IMG/VR virus record: IMGVR_UViG_3300043372_000273 | Span: 1 to 34,481 of that record | Length of the DNA stretch: 34,481 nt | DNA from: a virus | Taxonomy: Duplodnaviria > Caudoviricetes | Reading direction: 5' to 3' (one strand) | Part shown: positions 17,298 through 25,414 of the stretch, piece after piece | Numbering within the stretch: the first letter of the stretch is position 1 | Layout of the letters: the number at the start of each line of letters is the position of its first letter | Notes under the pieces: model-generated | The model's input: only the letters and a program-made list of their open reading frames with translations | The model's database searches: none | Told to the model about the DNA's origin: nothing | Made by a program: the position numbers and the translations under genes

Positions 17298-17467
17298 CCC
17301 CTGAAAAGGGGCGATTTTAGCGCGTTTCAGCGCCTGAGCCGGGTCAGATGCCCCGAAGGGGGCAAAGGGGGCCTAGATCGTTTTGCATTGCCGTTGCATT
17401 TCGTTGCTATTTCAATCAGGTCGGCGGCGGGTAATCGGGTTTGGGGTTGAGAGGTGTCTTTTGATGC

Positions 17468-17495
17468 GCCCCAAAGAGGGCTATCGGGTCGGATG
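17468..17495 (+). promoter_or_regulatory. Putative late-promoter box, copy 2 (before portal)
   Basis: GCCCCAAAGAGGGCTATCGGGTCGGATG. Confidence 0.6.
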
Positions 17496-17518
17496 CAGCG
17501 ACTTGTCTCTGTGGTTGA

Positions 17519-19024
17519 GTGGCAGCATTGAAACCTGGCTCATCCATCTTTAGTGCGGCTCATCGCCGATACCTCCGCTCAGTGCGTGGCACCATGCTGC
17601 GGGCGCTCTCGGGTGAGAGTCTGGCCTCAGCCTTGGATACCTTTGAGGCGGGTAACCTGCGCCCCGCTGCTCTCCTTTGGCAGAGCATGTGTGAGCGTGA
17701 TGATGTGCTCATGTCCGTGAAACCGAAGCGCGAGAAGAGCGTGAGCCGACGCGACTGGCAGGTGCTGACTTCTGACGATAGCCCTGAGGCCACACGCCAA
17801 CAGGAGATCCTGACGGCCTTCTGGAACTCCATTAAAGTGGTGGATGCTTACGATCTCAATCAGCGTGGTGGTTTTGCACTGCTCGTGCGCCAGATGATGC
17901 GTGCGGTGAGTTTTAAGTATCAGGTGCATCACCTCGTCTGGCAGCCGTCTAAGGATGCGCTGACTTGCACCTTTGAATCTGTGCCTCTGCAGTTCTTTGA
18001 GAATCTAACAGGCACTCTGCGTCATTGCCCGACCGGCATGGAATACGAGGGCGCCGAGCTTAAACAAGATGAATGGCTCGTGACTTGCGGCGACGGACTC
18101 ATGACGGCTGCCAGCATCGGTTATTTCTGCAAGCGCAACGCGCTATCTGATTGGATGGCCTTCTCGGACAAGTTCGGGATGCCAGGCATCCTTGCCAGAA
18201 CCTCACAGGGCAAAGACACACCCGGCGGCATGGCCATGGCAGAAGCAGCTGAAAGCTTTGGCCAGGACTGGGCGGCCGTCCTTTACGGTGACGACGGCAG
18301 CGGCAAGATTGAGCTGGTTGAAGCTGCAGGCGCGGCAGCACTGCCCTTCCCAGCACTCATTGAGCGCGTGGACCGCCGGATCGCTGCCTTATATAGAGGC
18401 GCAGATCTCAGCAGCCTTAGCTCATCCTCCGGTCAAGGCACAGGTGCCAGCCTGCAAGATGGCGAAACGGATCTCATCGACCAGGACGACGCCCTCAGCG
18501 TTTCCGAACGCCTGAATGAAGTCGAAGAGATCGTCCTACGCTGGTGGTTTGGCCCCAAGGTGAGGGTGAAAGCTTATTTACGTCTCATCGTGCCACAGAG
18601 CGAGGATTTAAAACTGCTCATCACCGCTGTCGAATCCCTGGTGAAACTTGGTGCGCCGGTCGCCATCGCGGATGTGTTAGAGCGCTTTGGCTTCCCGACT
18701 CCGAAGGAGGGCGCTGAGCTGCTCGGGAATAACCCCGCCCTGGTCAATGCCGCGACTCCGCAGATCAATGCCTCTTTAAATGAGGACACCTTCCTCGCCC
18801 GTGCGGGTCGCTTGCTAGCGGTCGCATCCCGTGAAGATCGCGAGAACCTAGTAGGCGCTTTGCGTGAGATCCTTTCTGCGCCGGAAGGCACTCAGATCAA
18901 TGCGCTGGCCAGCTTCATGGAAAAGCTGCCTGACAACATCGGCCAAGACGCCGCGCAGGTGCGTGCTTGGGAAGTCCTGCTGGCCTCGGCGCTGATCAGC
19001 GGATGGGAGAAGGCTGAAAACTGA
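17519..19024 (+). CDS. Portal protein (Mu gp29/DUF935-like)
   Basis: MCERDD...KREKSV, WMAFSDKFGMP, LYRGADLS and LVKLGAPV...ERFGFP motifs; follows terL. Confidence 0.88.
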   Translation: MAALKPGSSIFSAAHRRYLRSVRGTMLRALSGESLASALDTFEAGNLRPAALLWQSMCERDDVLMSVKPKREKSVSRRDWQVLTSDDSPEATRQQEILTAFWNSIKVVDAYDLNQRGGFALLVRQMMRAVSFKYQVHHLVWQPSKDALTCTFESVPLQFFENLTGTLRHCPTGMEYEGAELKQDEWLVTCGDGLMTAASIGYFCKRNALSDWMAFSDKFGMPGILARTSQGKDTPGGMAMAEAAESFGQDWAAVLYGDDGSGKIELVEAAGAAALPFPALIERVDRRIAALYRGADLSSLSSSSGQGTGASLQDGETDLIDQDDALSVSERLNEVEEIVLRWWFGPKVRVKAYLRLIVPQSEDLKLLITAVESLVKLGAPVAIADVLERFGFPTPKEGAELLGNNPALVNAATPQINASLNEDTFLARAGRLLAVASREDRENLVGALREILSAPEGTQINALASFMEKLPDNIGQDAAQVRAWEVLLASALISGWEKAEN

Positions 19025-19029
19025 AAGCT

Positions 19030-20307
19030 ATGAAAATAAAGACACTCAATAAGACCACCGCCTTGCGGCGGCAGCTACGAATCAACGCCAAGGCACCTGA
19101 GCATGGTCTGGTCTTTGCACCGGGCATTGCCATTGAGCTGAATGCTGACAACACGCTGCCTGAGTGGATCAAGCTGGCACCGTTTGGCGAGCACCCGACC
19201 CGCGACAAAAAAGCCGTGCAGGTCTTTAACGCTGAATCAGCTGATCAGATTATCAGTTGGTTTAATTTCTTCCCGCGCAAGTTGGCGCGCCTGGCCAACA
19301 TCAACAGCGTGAAAGTCTGGGTCGGTCATCCTGACTTTGCTCCGAACGAATGGCCTGAGCGCATTGACCTGGGCTCAGTCACCGAACTCAAACACGATGA
19401 CACTGACCTTTGGGGCAAGGTGCGCTGGAATGCAGGAGCCGTGGAGCATGTGACCAAGCACAAATTTCCCAGCGTGGCCTGGGACTGTGAAGTCAACGGT
19501 GACGGCACTGAGACGCCTGCCTTTCTCTGGTCGGTCGGCATGTGGCACAAGCCCAACATCAAGAGTGTCGAAGCCGTCATCAATGCCGCTGAAGACTACC
19601 AAGAACCAGAAACAACGAACCCAGAACAAGGAACCCCCACTATGCTCAATAAAATCATGGAGGCTCTCAAAGCCGCTGGCATCGTCAAAGACGACGACGC
19701 CGAAGAAACCATTCTCGGAGCCATTGGCTCGCTCATCCAATCCATCGCCTATCGGCGTGAAGAAACCGCACGCCAAAAAGCGGCTGCGGATACCATGCGC
19801 GTGGCGCTCAATGCCGTGGCAGATGTCGCCGAGCTGCCTGACGATGGCCTGCCTGATGCAGTGGTCGCTCAACTCAATGCGGTTATCTCTGAGCGTGATG
19901 CTCAGGCTGCCACCATTGCTGAACTAAACAGTCGCATCAGCACACTCAGCGCTGAGCGCGTGGTGTCCGCCGTCGCTCATGCGATCGCCACAGGCCGTGC
20001 TACGAAAGCCGATGAGGACCGCCTCACCGCTGAGCTGAATGCCGACTTCGATGGAACGCTCTGCAAGCTCTCTGCACAGCGCGTGCAGCTCAATAGCCAA
20101 AGCCTCAACCTAGGTCGTAACAAGGCAGCCATCACCACAGAACAAGACCGTGCCGCTCAGCTCAATGGCTGGGTGGAAGATTGTCAGATCCGTCTCAACT
20201 GCGACTACGCCACCGCGTGGAACGCCAGCAAAACGGACGAGAAAATGGCAGTCATTCACGCCGCTATGGAAGCCGCTGACAAAGCCCGTGGCACTGCTGC
20301 TGAGTAA
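19030..20307 (+). CDS. Prohead protease/scaffold (Mu gpI-like) with probable nested scaffold start at 19642
   Basis: LPEWIKLAPFGEH, VWVGHPD, LWGKVRWN, FPSVAW and HKPNI motifs; coiled-coil C-terminal half; AAGGA upstream of in-frame ATG 19642. Confidence 0.85.
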   Translation: MKIKTLNKTTALRRQLRINAKAPEHGLVFAPGIAIELNADNTLPEWIKLAPFGEHPTRDKKAVQVFNAESADQIISWFNFFPRKLARLANINSVKVWVGHPDFAPNEWPERIDLGSVTELKHDDTDLWGKVRWNAGAVEHVTKHKFPSVAWDCEVNGDGTETPAFLWSVGMWHKPNIKSVEAVINAAEDYQEPETTNPEQGTPTMLNKIMEALKAAGIVKDDDAEETILGAIGSLIQSIAYRREETARQKAAADTMRVALNAVADVAELPDDGLPDAVVAQLNAVISERDAQAATIAELNSRISTLSAERVVSAVAHAIATGRATKADEDRLTAELNADFDGTLCKLSAQRVQLNSQSLNLGRNKAAITTEQDRAAQLNGWVEDCQIRLNCDYATAWNASKTDEKMAVIHAAMEAADKARGTAAE

Positions 20308-20350
20308 GCAAACAAAGCGCAAAGAATAAAACACCTAGAACCCAATCCTT

Positions 20351-20590
20351 ATGGCTAAAAAAGCACCCTCAAAAAAGACCGACGAGATAGATGAACTTGA
20401 TGCCGTTGACTCGGCTATTGAGTCTGACGTCATTGACTCGGCTGACGCCGTTGATGCGGTTGATGCAGTAAGCGCTGAAGCTCTAATTTCTGAAAAAATG
20501 CGCGCCGGTCTGACCCGTGCGCAGGCTGAGCACGTGATTGCCGCACAGGCTGAGCATGACCACCTGCTGGCGCAGGCGGCTACGGCCTAA
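20351..20590 (+). CDS. Small acidic hypothetical head-module protein
   Basis: ATG-initiated 79-aa ORF between the protease and cement genes. Confidence 0.6.
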   Translation: MAKKAPSKKTDEIDELDAVDSAIESDVIDSADAVDAVDAVSAEALISEKMRAGLTRAQAEHVIAAQAEHDHLLAQAATA

Positions 20591-20662
20591 CACCCCTTTG
20601 CCTCACGGCATCCCTGTCGTGTGGCAGTCCAAGAACCCAAAACGAACCAAACCCACCCAATA

Positions 20663-21280
20663 ATGAAACATACGTTGATCCTCCTGGGCTGCCTCATGAT
20701 TGCAGCTCTCATCGCGGCGGTGCATTTTGCCCCGTCTCTCAGTAGCCTCAGCAGCCTGCGCTCACTGCGCCGGTCTCTGGGACTTCATGCCGGCATCCTG
20801 CGCGTCAATGCGTTCACTGACGGCATTCATGCCACTGGCAAAATCACCCTGCGTGCCGATGCGGCATTGGCCACGCGCTACTTAATCGTCAAACGTGGCA
20901 GTGATGCTGATCACGTAGCGGTCTGCGGTGTGGCGGATAAACCTCTTGGTGTTTGCCTAGACGAACCGTCAGCCGCAGAAGAACCTGCGACGATTGGCCT
21001 GCTAGGTGGTCTTCATGGAACCATCCTTGGCGTAGCCTCGGAAGCCATCGCGGCAGATGCTGATGTCTTCACAGCAGCCAATGGCAAGCTCCAGGATGAA
21101 CCTGCTGTCGCAGGCACTTATTACCTCATTGGCAAGTCGGTCACGGCTGCCACCGGTGACGGTGATGTCTTCGAGATGATCCCGCGTGTGCCGGTCAAGT
21201 TTGTGGTCATTGCCAACGCCAGCACACTGGTTCAAACGCAGACGGCTATGAATACCGCTGCTCTGGTCAAGGTCCTCTAA
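20663..21280 (+). CDS. Capsid cement/decoration protein (DUF2190-like) with hydrophobic N-terminal extension
   Basis: RYLIVKRG...PLGV...ASEAIAA...VFTAANGK...IGKSVTAATGDGDVFE pattern; directly upstream of the major capsid gene. Confidence 0.72.
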   Translation: MKHTLILLGCLMIAALIAAVHFAPSLSSLSSLRSLRRSLGLHAGILRVNAFTDGIHATGKITLRADAALATRYLIVKRGSDADHVAVCGVADKPLGVCLDEPSAAEEPATIGLLGGLHGTILGVASEAIAADADVFTAANGKLQDEPAVAGTYYLIGKSVTAATGDGDVFEMIPRVPVKFVVIANASTLVQTQTAMNTAALVKVL

Positions 21281-21311
21281 TCTCAACCCTGAAAATCCTT
21301 CCAATACGACT

Positions 21312-22352
21312 ATGAAATTGAATCAAAAATTTCTCGCTGCAGCGGTCATGCGCAAGCAAGCCCTGCACGCTAACATCAACGCGGCTGACGCTGCTACAGC
21401 TGCTTATGCTCCCGCCTACAGCGGCGCTCATGAGCATGGCGTCATCACCCAGATCAATGCGGACCTTCTGACCGAAGGCACCTACCGCGAAAGCCTGACC
21501 ACTTATGCCGTTGGCTTCCGTGGTGTGGACTTTGGCGGCGATTTGGAATTGCTGGCACCTAACGTGCAAGTGGCCAATCGCTTTGACTACAAAGCCTACG
21601 ACAACGCCGAGGCTTTCTACTCGGAGCTAACCGACGATCTGCGCGCTCCGCGTGGTGACTTCAAAGAGGTGGAATACACCGTTGAAGAAATCACAGCCAA
21701 GACCGCTAATCGTGGTCTTATGATCTGCGTGGATCGTGACCAGGTCAGCGGTAACCCGAACTGGGAGCAGCAATACACAGGCATGCTCATCACCCGCATG
21801 CGCCTCAACCAGCTCCGCCGCGCCATCAACCTGCTCTCGGCGGCTGCGGTTAACACTGCTAAGACTTGGGATAGCACCGCTGGTAAAGATCCTGACAACG
21901 ACGTCCTCACGGAAATCGTTACAGGTCACACTGCCGCTGGCGTGCGCCCTAACCGTGTGGCCTACGGCCCAACGGCATGGAGCAAGCGTGTGCTCGCTCA
22001 TCGTGCGCAGAACAATGCCGGCGGCTACGCCAGCGCTGGGCTGACCGTTGACCAGGTCGCGGCTTTCCTAAGCCTTGAGAAAGGTCTGGTCTGCCAAGCC
22101 CGCTACGCGACTAGCGCAACGGCCAAAGCTGAAGCCCTGGCGAACTTGGTCCTCGCCTACAACGCCATTGCGGGTGCCACGGTCGAAGACCCAAGCAACA
22201 TCAAGCGTTTCTGGAGCCCGTGTGACAACGGTCAGGAACTCATGGTGCACCGCTGGGACATCGGGCCGAAGAAAATGGCGGTCGCTGTCGAGCTCTATGA
22301 GCTGATGCGCATCACCAGCACTCTGGGCATCCGCAAACTGACCATCAGCTAG
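21312..22352 (+). CDS. Major capsid protein
   Basis: 346 aa, position after protease and cement; LTTYAVG...RAP.GDFKEVEY...GVRPNRV pattern of Mu gpT/lambda E-like capsids. Confidence 0.85.
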   Translation: MKLNQKFLAAAVMRKQALHANINAADAATAAYAPAYSGAHEHGVITQINADLLTEGTYRESLTTYAVGFRGVDFGGDLELLAPNVQVANRFDYKAYDNAEAFYSELTDDLRAPRGDFKEVEYTVEEITAKTANRGLMICVDRDQVSGNPNWEQQYTGMLITRMRLNQLRRAINLLSAAAVNTAKTWDSTAGKDPDNDVLTEIVTGHTAAGVRPNRVAYGPTAWSKRVLAHRAQNNAGGYASAGLTVDQVAAFLSLEKGLVCQARYATSATAKAEALANLVLAYNAIAGATVEDPSNIKRFWSPCDNGQELMVHRWDIGPKKMAVAVELYELMRITSTLGIRKLTIS

Positions 22353-22439
22353 GTCAAACCCTGCGCATCAGAGTAGCCGCAAGCGCCAGCTTGTGGAGCT
22401 TGCCCTGGTGCGCAGTCTTGACCTAGCTGGAGGCTTTTT
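22346..22439 (+). terminator. Long stem-loop after the capsid gene (terminator or processing site)
   Basis: CAGCTAGGTCAA...TTGACCTAGCTG outer stem, CTGCGCATCAG...CTGGTGCGCAG inner stem, then GGCTTTTT. Confidence 0.6.
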
Positions 22440-22471
22440 CCTTCATCCTTTATCCTTCATCTTTCCTTCCC

Positions 22472-22942
22472 ATGTGGATCACGCCAACACTCGCCCAATG
22501 TCAGCAGCGCATCACCGGTGCCGAGTGGTCTGCTCTTAGCCGTGCCGCGCTGCAAGCGGGTCAGGATGGCGAGGCCATGGCACAAGACGTGATTAACACG
22601 CAGGTGAACCGCATTCGTGGTCGTGTGGGTGCTCGCGCTGACAATCAGCTTGGTGAATCGGGCACGATTCCTGACGAGCTGATGAATGCCTTCTTGGCTC
22701 TCTGGGTCTCTGACTTTATCACGCGCCTGCCAGGCATGAAGATGCTGCTCGATGAGCGCCGGGTCAAAGCGGCTGAAGTAGGCGAGTCTGAACTGCGCCA
22801 CGTGAGTGAAGGCAAGATCAAACTGGTGCAGCCTGTCACGGCTGCCGCGCCTGAAATGCAGGCAGGGGGTGGCAGCACCATTGGCCTGGTCAGCAAACCA
22901 ACACGCAAAGTCACGCAGTCAGGCATGAGTGGCCTGATTTAA
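22472..22942 (+). CDS. Head-tail adaptor (Mu gp36/DUF1320-like)
   Basis: TIPDEL...ELRHVSEGKI motif; first gene after the capsid gene. Confidence 0.72.
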   Translation: MWITPTLAQCQQRITGAEWSALSRAALQAGQDGEAMAQDVINTQVNRIRGRVGARADNQLGESGTIPDELMNAFLALWVSDFITRLPGMKMLLDERRVKAAEVGESELRHVSEGKIKLVQPVTAAAPEMQAGGGSTIGLVSKPTRKVTQSGMSGLI

Positions 22943-22946
22943 GCCC

Positions 22947-24614
22947 ATGAAATTCCTGCTGTCAGAATCCTATGGCAACACGCTGACGCAGGCTTTTACC
23001 ACCGCCATGAAGCGTGGCATCTTGCCGACATGGATGGGCAGTGCTGAACTCGATGCGCTGGAGTTAGCCATCAAAGAGCGCGCCGTCTTTTCAGCCCGCA
23101 CGACGAATGCCGTTTACCTGGAAGCTCTGCATGAAAAGATTGGCCGCTTGCTGACCAATGGTTACGATGGCGACCAGGCCAAGCTGAGGCTGGAACTCAA
23201 GCAGCTGTTAGCTGAGCTAGCTTACAATCCTGAGACGGGTTTCCCTGGTGATGCCGCGCTAGGCATCCCAGCGGCCCGTGCAGGCAGCCTGCAAGACCTC
23301 AGCAGCGACAAACGGATCAATCTCATTCTCGACACGCAACTCGAACTCATGGCGGGTAAAGGCCAAGAGCAGCGCGGCTTGAGCAAGGAGGCGCTGGACC
23401 TCTTCCCAGCATGGGAACTGGTCCGCATTAAAGAAGCCCGTGTGCCACGTGATTGGTTCACTCGTTTCAAGCAAGCTGGGGGTCGCGTCTTAGAAGATGC
23501 CGATGGCCGCAAGCGCCTAGTCGCACACAAGCTGGATGAGGTCTGGTCCGTGCTCGGAGATCGCGCCCTGTTTAAAGACGCCCTCGATGTCAGTCATCCG
23601 CCTTTTGCGTTTGGATCTGGCATGGCCTGGCAGGCGATTGAGCAGGCTGAGTGGGATTTATTGGCCGGAACCAAGAACAAGGAACCAAGCACCCAGAACC
23701 TTCCCGCCAACGTTATCCAATTTCCCAGCGCGCAAGTCAGCACAGACGGCCTGAGTGCAGAGACGCTGAAGCGACTCAAGGCCACCATGCAAAACGCTGA
23801 GGCCAAGGGTGGCAAGCTCACGCTGAAAAGCATCATTGGCACAGCACCGCCGCCGCCATCTTCTTCCCGCCTGAATGCGCTCTGTGATGAGCTACTCTCT
23901 GTGGCCATGGTGGCGGAGATCAATGGAAAAGCGCGCAAGGCCAAGCGTGCCGAGCAACAGGCCAAGCTGCCCGGCCAGAAGTGTGGCAACACTTGGATTC
24001 CTGCTTGGAAAGAATGCCACCAGGGCAAAGCGGTGGAGATGTCTCGTGACAAGGCGGTGAAACTACTCTCATCCGAACAGCCCATGACGACCATGCAGGC
24101 AGCAGAGGCTTTGAGGGCCGCCCCCCACCATCATCTCCGTGAAACGCTGAGGCACTGGTTTGATAAGAGCTTCGCCCGTCTGAATCAACAGGCTGGCAGC
24201 AAGGAGACGCAGAGCCTAAAAACCTTAATCGACCGCATTGAGCCCACGCCTCACGCGGGTGAGTTGTATCGAGGTTTACGCTTCCAGAGTCGTGAGAAGC
24301 TCGCTGAGTTTTCGGCTCAGGCAGTAAAGGGCACGCTCACGCAGCCTCTGAACGCCTTCTCAAAGCGCGCTGCCGTGGCGCATAGATTCTCAAAGCCGCA
24401 CTCCACGGATGCCGGTCAGTTCAATGCGATCATCCGGCTTATTGGGAGCAAGAGTGGGCGTGACATGAGGCCGCTGGCGGATGTGACTCACCCCAAGGTC
24501 TCTCACCAAGATGAATTTATATTTCTGGCCGGAACAAAAGTCAAAGTGCTCGGCAAGCGCTACGATCCAACAACAGAAGGCGGAACCTTCGTCCTGGACC
24601 TAGAAGAGTTATGA
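22947..24614 (+). CDS. MuF (gp30-like) head protein fused to a C-terminal ADP-ribosyltransferase-like domain
   Basis: RAVFSAR, RINLILDTQ, FPAWELVR and HPPFAFGSG MuF motifs; C-terminal LYRG...AFSK...QDEFIF (R-S-E type). Confidence 0.8.
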   Translation: MKFLLSESYGNTLTQAFTTAMKRGILPTWMGSAELDALELAIKERAVFSARTTNAVYLEALHEKIGRLLTNGYDGDQAKLRLELKQLLAELAYNPETGFPGDAALGIPAARAGSLQDLSSDKRINLILDTQLELMAGKGQEQRGLSKEALDLFPAWELVRIKEARVPRDWFTRFKQAGGRVLEDADGRKRLVAHKLDEVWSVLGDRALFKDALDVSHPPFAFGSGMAWQAIEQAEWDLLAGTKNKEPSTQNLPANVIQFPSAQVSTDGLSAETLKRLKATMQNAEAKGGKLTLKSIIGTAPPPPSSSRLNALCDELLSVAMVAEINGKARKAKRAEQQAKLPGQKCGNTWIPAWKECHQGKAVEMSRDKAVKLLSSEQPMTTMQAAEALRAAPHHHLRETLRHWFDKSFARLNQQAGSKETQSLKTLIDRIEPTPHAGELYRGLRFQSREKLAEFSAQAVKGTLTQPLNAFSKRAAVAHRFSKPHSTDAGQFNAIIRLIGSKSGRDMRPLADVTHPKVSHQDEFIFLAGTKVKVLGKRYDPTTEGGTFVLDLEEL

Positions 24615-24615
24615 A

Positions 24616-24753
24616 TCACTCGTCCATCACCAGCGGATTAAACCGCTCATATTCATCGACTGGAAGAGGCAGTTCTGCAGCTTCCTTTCTCGCGCTTTCG
24701 AGAAGGGCACGATCCTCATCCGTGAGAGGTGGCAATGTGTCGAGAAAGTCCAT
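24616..24753 (-). CDS. 45-aa acidic peptide antisense to the late operon (not in the ORF track); candidate immunity protein
   Basis: MDFLDTLPPLTDEDRALLESARKEAAELPLPVDEYERFNPLVMDE fills the MuF-gpG gap and has a promoter-like sequence upstream. Confidence 0.62.
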   Translation of the reverse strand: MDFLDTLPPLTDEDRALLESARKEAAELPLPVDEYERFNPLVMDE

Positions 24754-24758
24754 TCACT

Positions 24759-24786
24759 AGACTAACCGCATGAGCCTACAAGTCAA
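24759..24786 (-). promoter_or_regulatory. Sigma70-like promoter for the antisense peptide (probably leaderless mRNA)
   Basis: Minus strand TTGACT-16 nt-TAGTCT-5 nt-ATG. Confidence 0.55.
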
Positions 24787-25360
24787 CATCACCGTCACTG
24801 ACACGGCCACACCGGTCTTGTCAGGGCTGCACCGTGAGCTGACTGACCGCACAGGCCTGAACAAATACATCGGCGCGGCAGCAGAAGCTGGCACCCGGCT
24901 GCACATCCGCAGTGCTGCCACTCAGCGCCACACGACGGCCAGCAAGCTGGGGGCTAAGCCTACCGGCTACCTCACGAAACGGGCCGAATTGGTGGAAGGT
25001 CGCGGCACCGCAGAACAGGCTGAATTGACCGTGACTGGAGCCATCTTTAAACGCGTCTTTGGTCCCGTGACGGTGCGCCCTGTAGCCAAAAAGATGCTAG
25101 CCATCCCGATGCGGGCTGAGGCCTACGGCAAACGTCCGGGTGAGTTCAATGACCTCTTTGTGTATCGCTCAAAGCAGGGCCGTCTTTTCCTGGCCAAACA
25201 GACCGCACCTGGCCGCCTGCAGTTCTACTTCCTACTCAAGGCCTCCGTGCTGCTGCCACAAGATCGCGGCCTGCTGCCGACTGAGAAACAGTTTGGTCAA
25301 ATGGCTGAACTGGCCGCACGTGGCTACCTGCGCAAGCAACTGCGTGCCGCTGGGCTTTAG
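24770..25360 (+). CDS. Virion morphogenesis/tail completion protein (Mu gpG-like)
   Basis: Basic protein with VTVRPVAKKMLAIP...LLKASVLLPQD pattern; follows MuF. Confidence 0.68.
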   Translation: MSLQVNITVTDTATPVLSGLHRELTDRTGLNKYIGAAAEAGTRLHIRSAATQRHTTASKLGAKPTGYLTKRAELVEGRGTAEQAELTVTGAIFKRVFGPVTVRPVAKKMLAIPMRAEAYGKRPGEFNDLFVYRSKQGRLFLAKQTAPGRLQFYFLLKASVLLPQDRGLLPTEKQFGQMAELAARGYLRKQLRAAGL

Positions 25361-25414
25361 CAACCATCGTAAACCACCGTTAACCACCGTCAACAATCGT
25401 AAACCTCTGCACCT

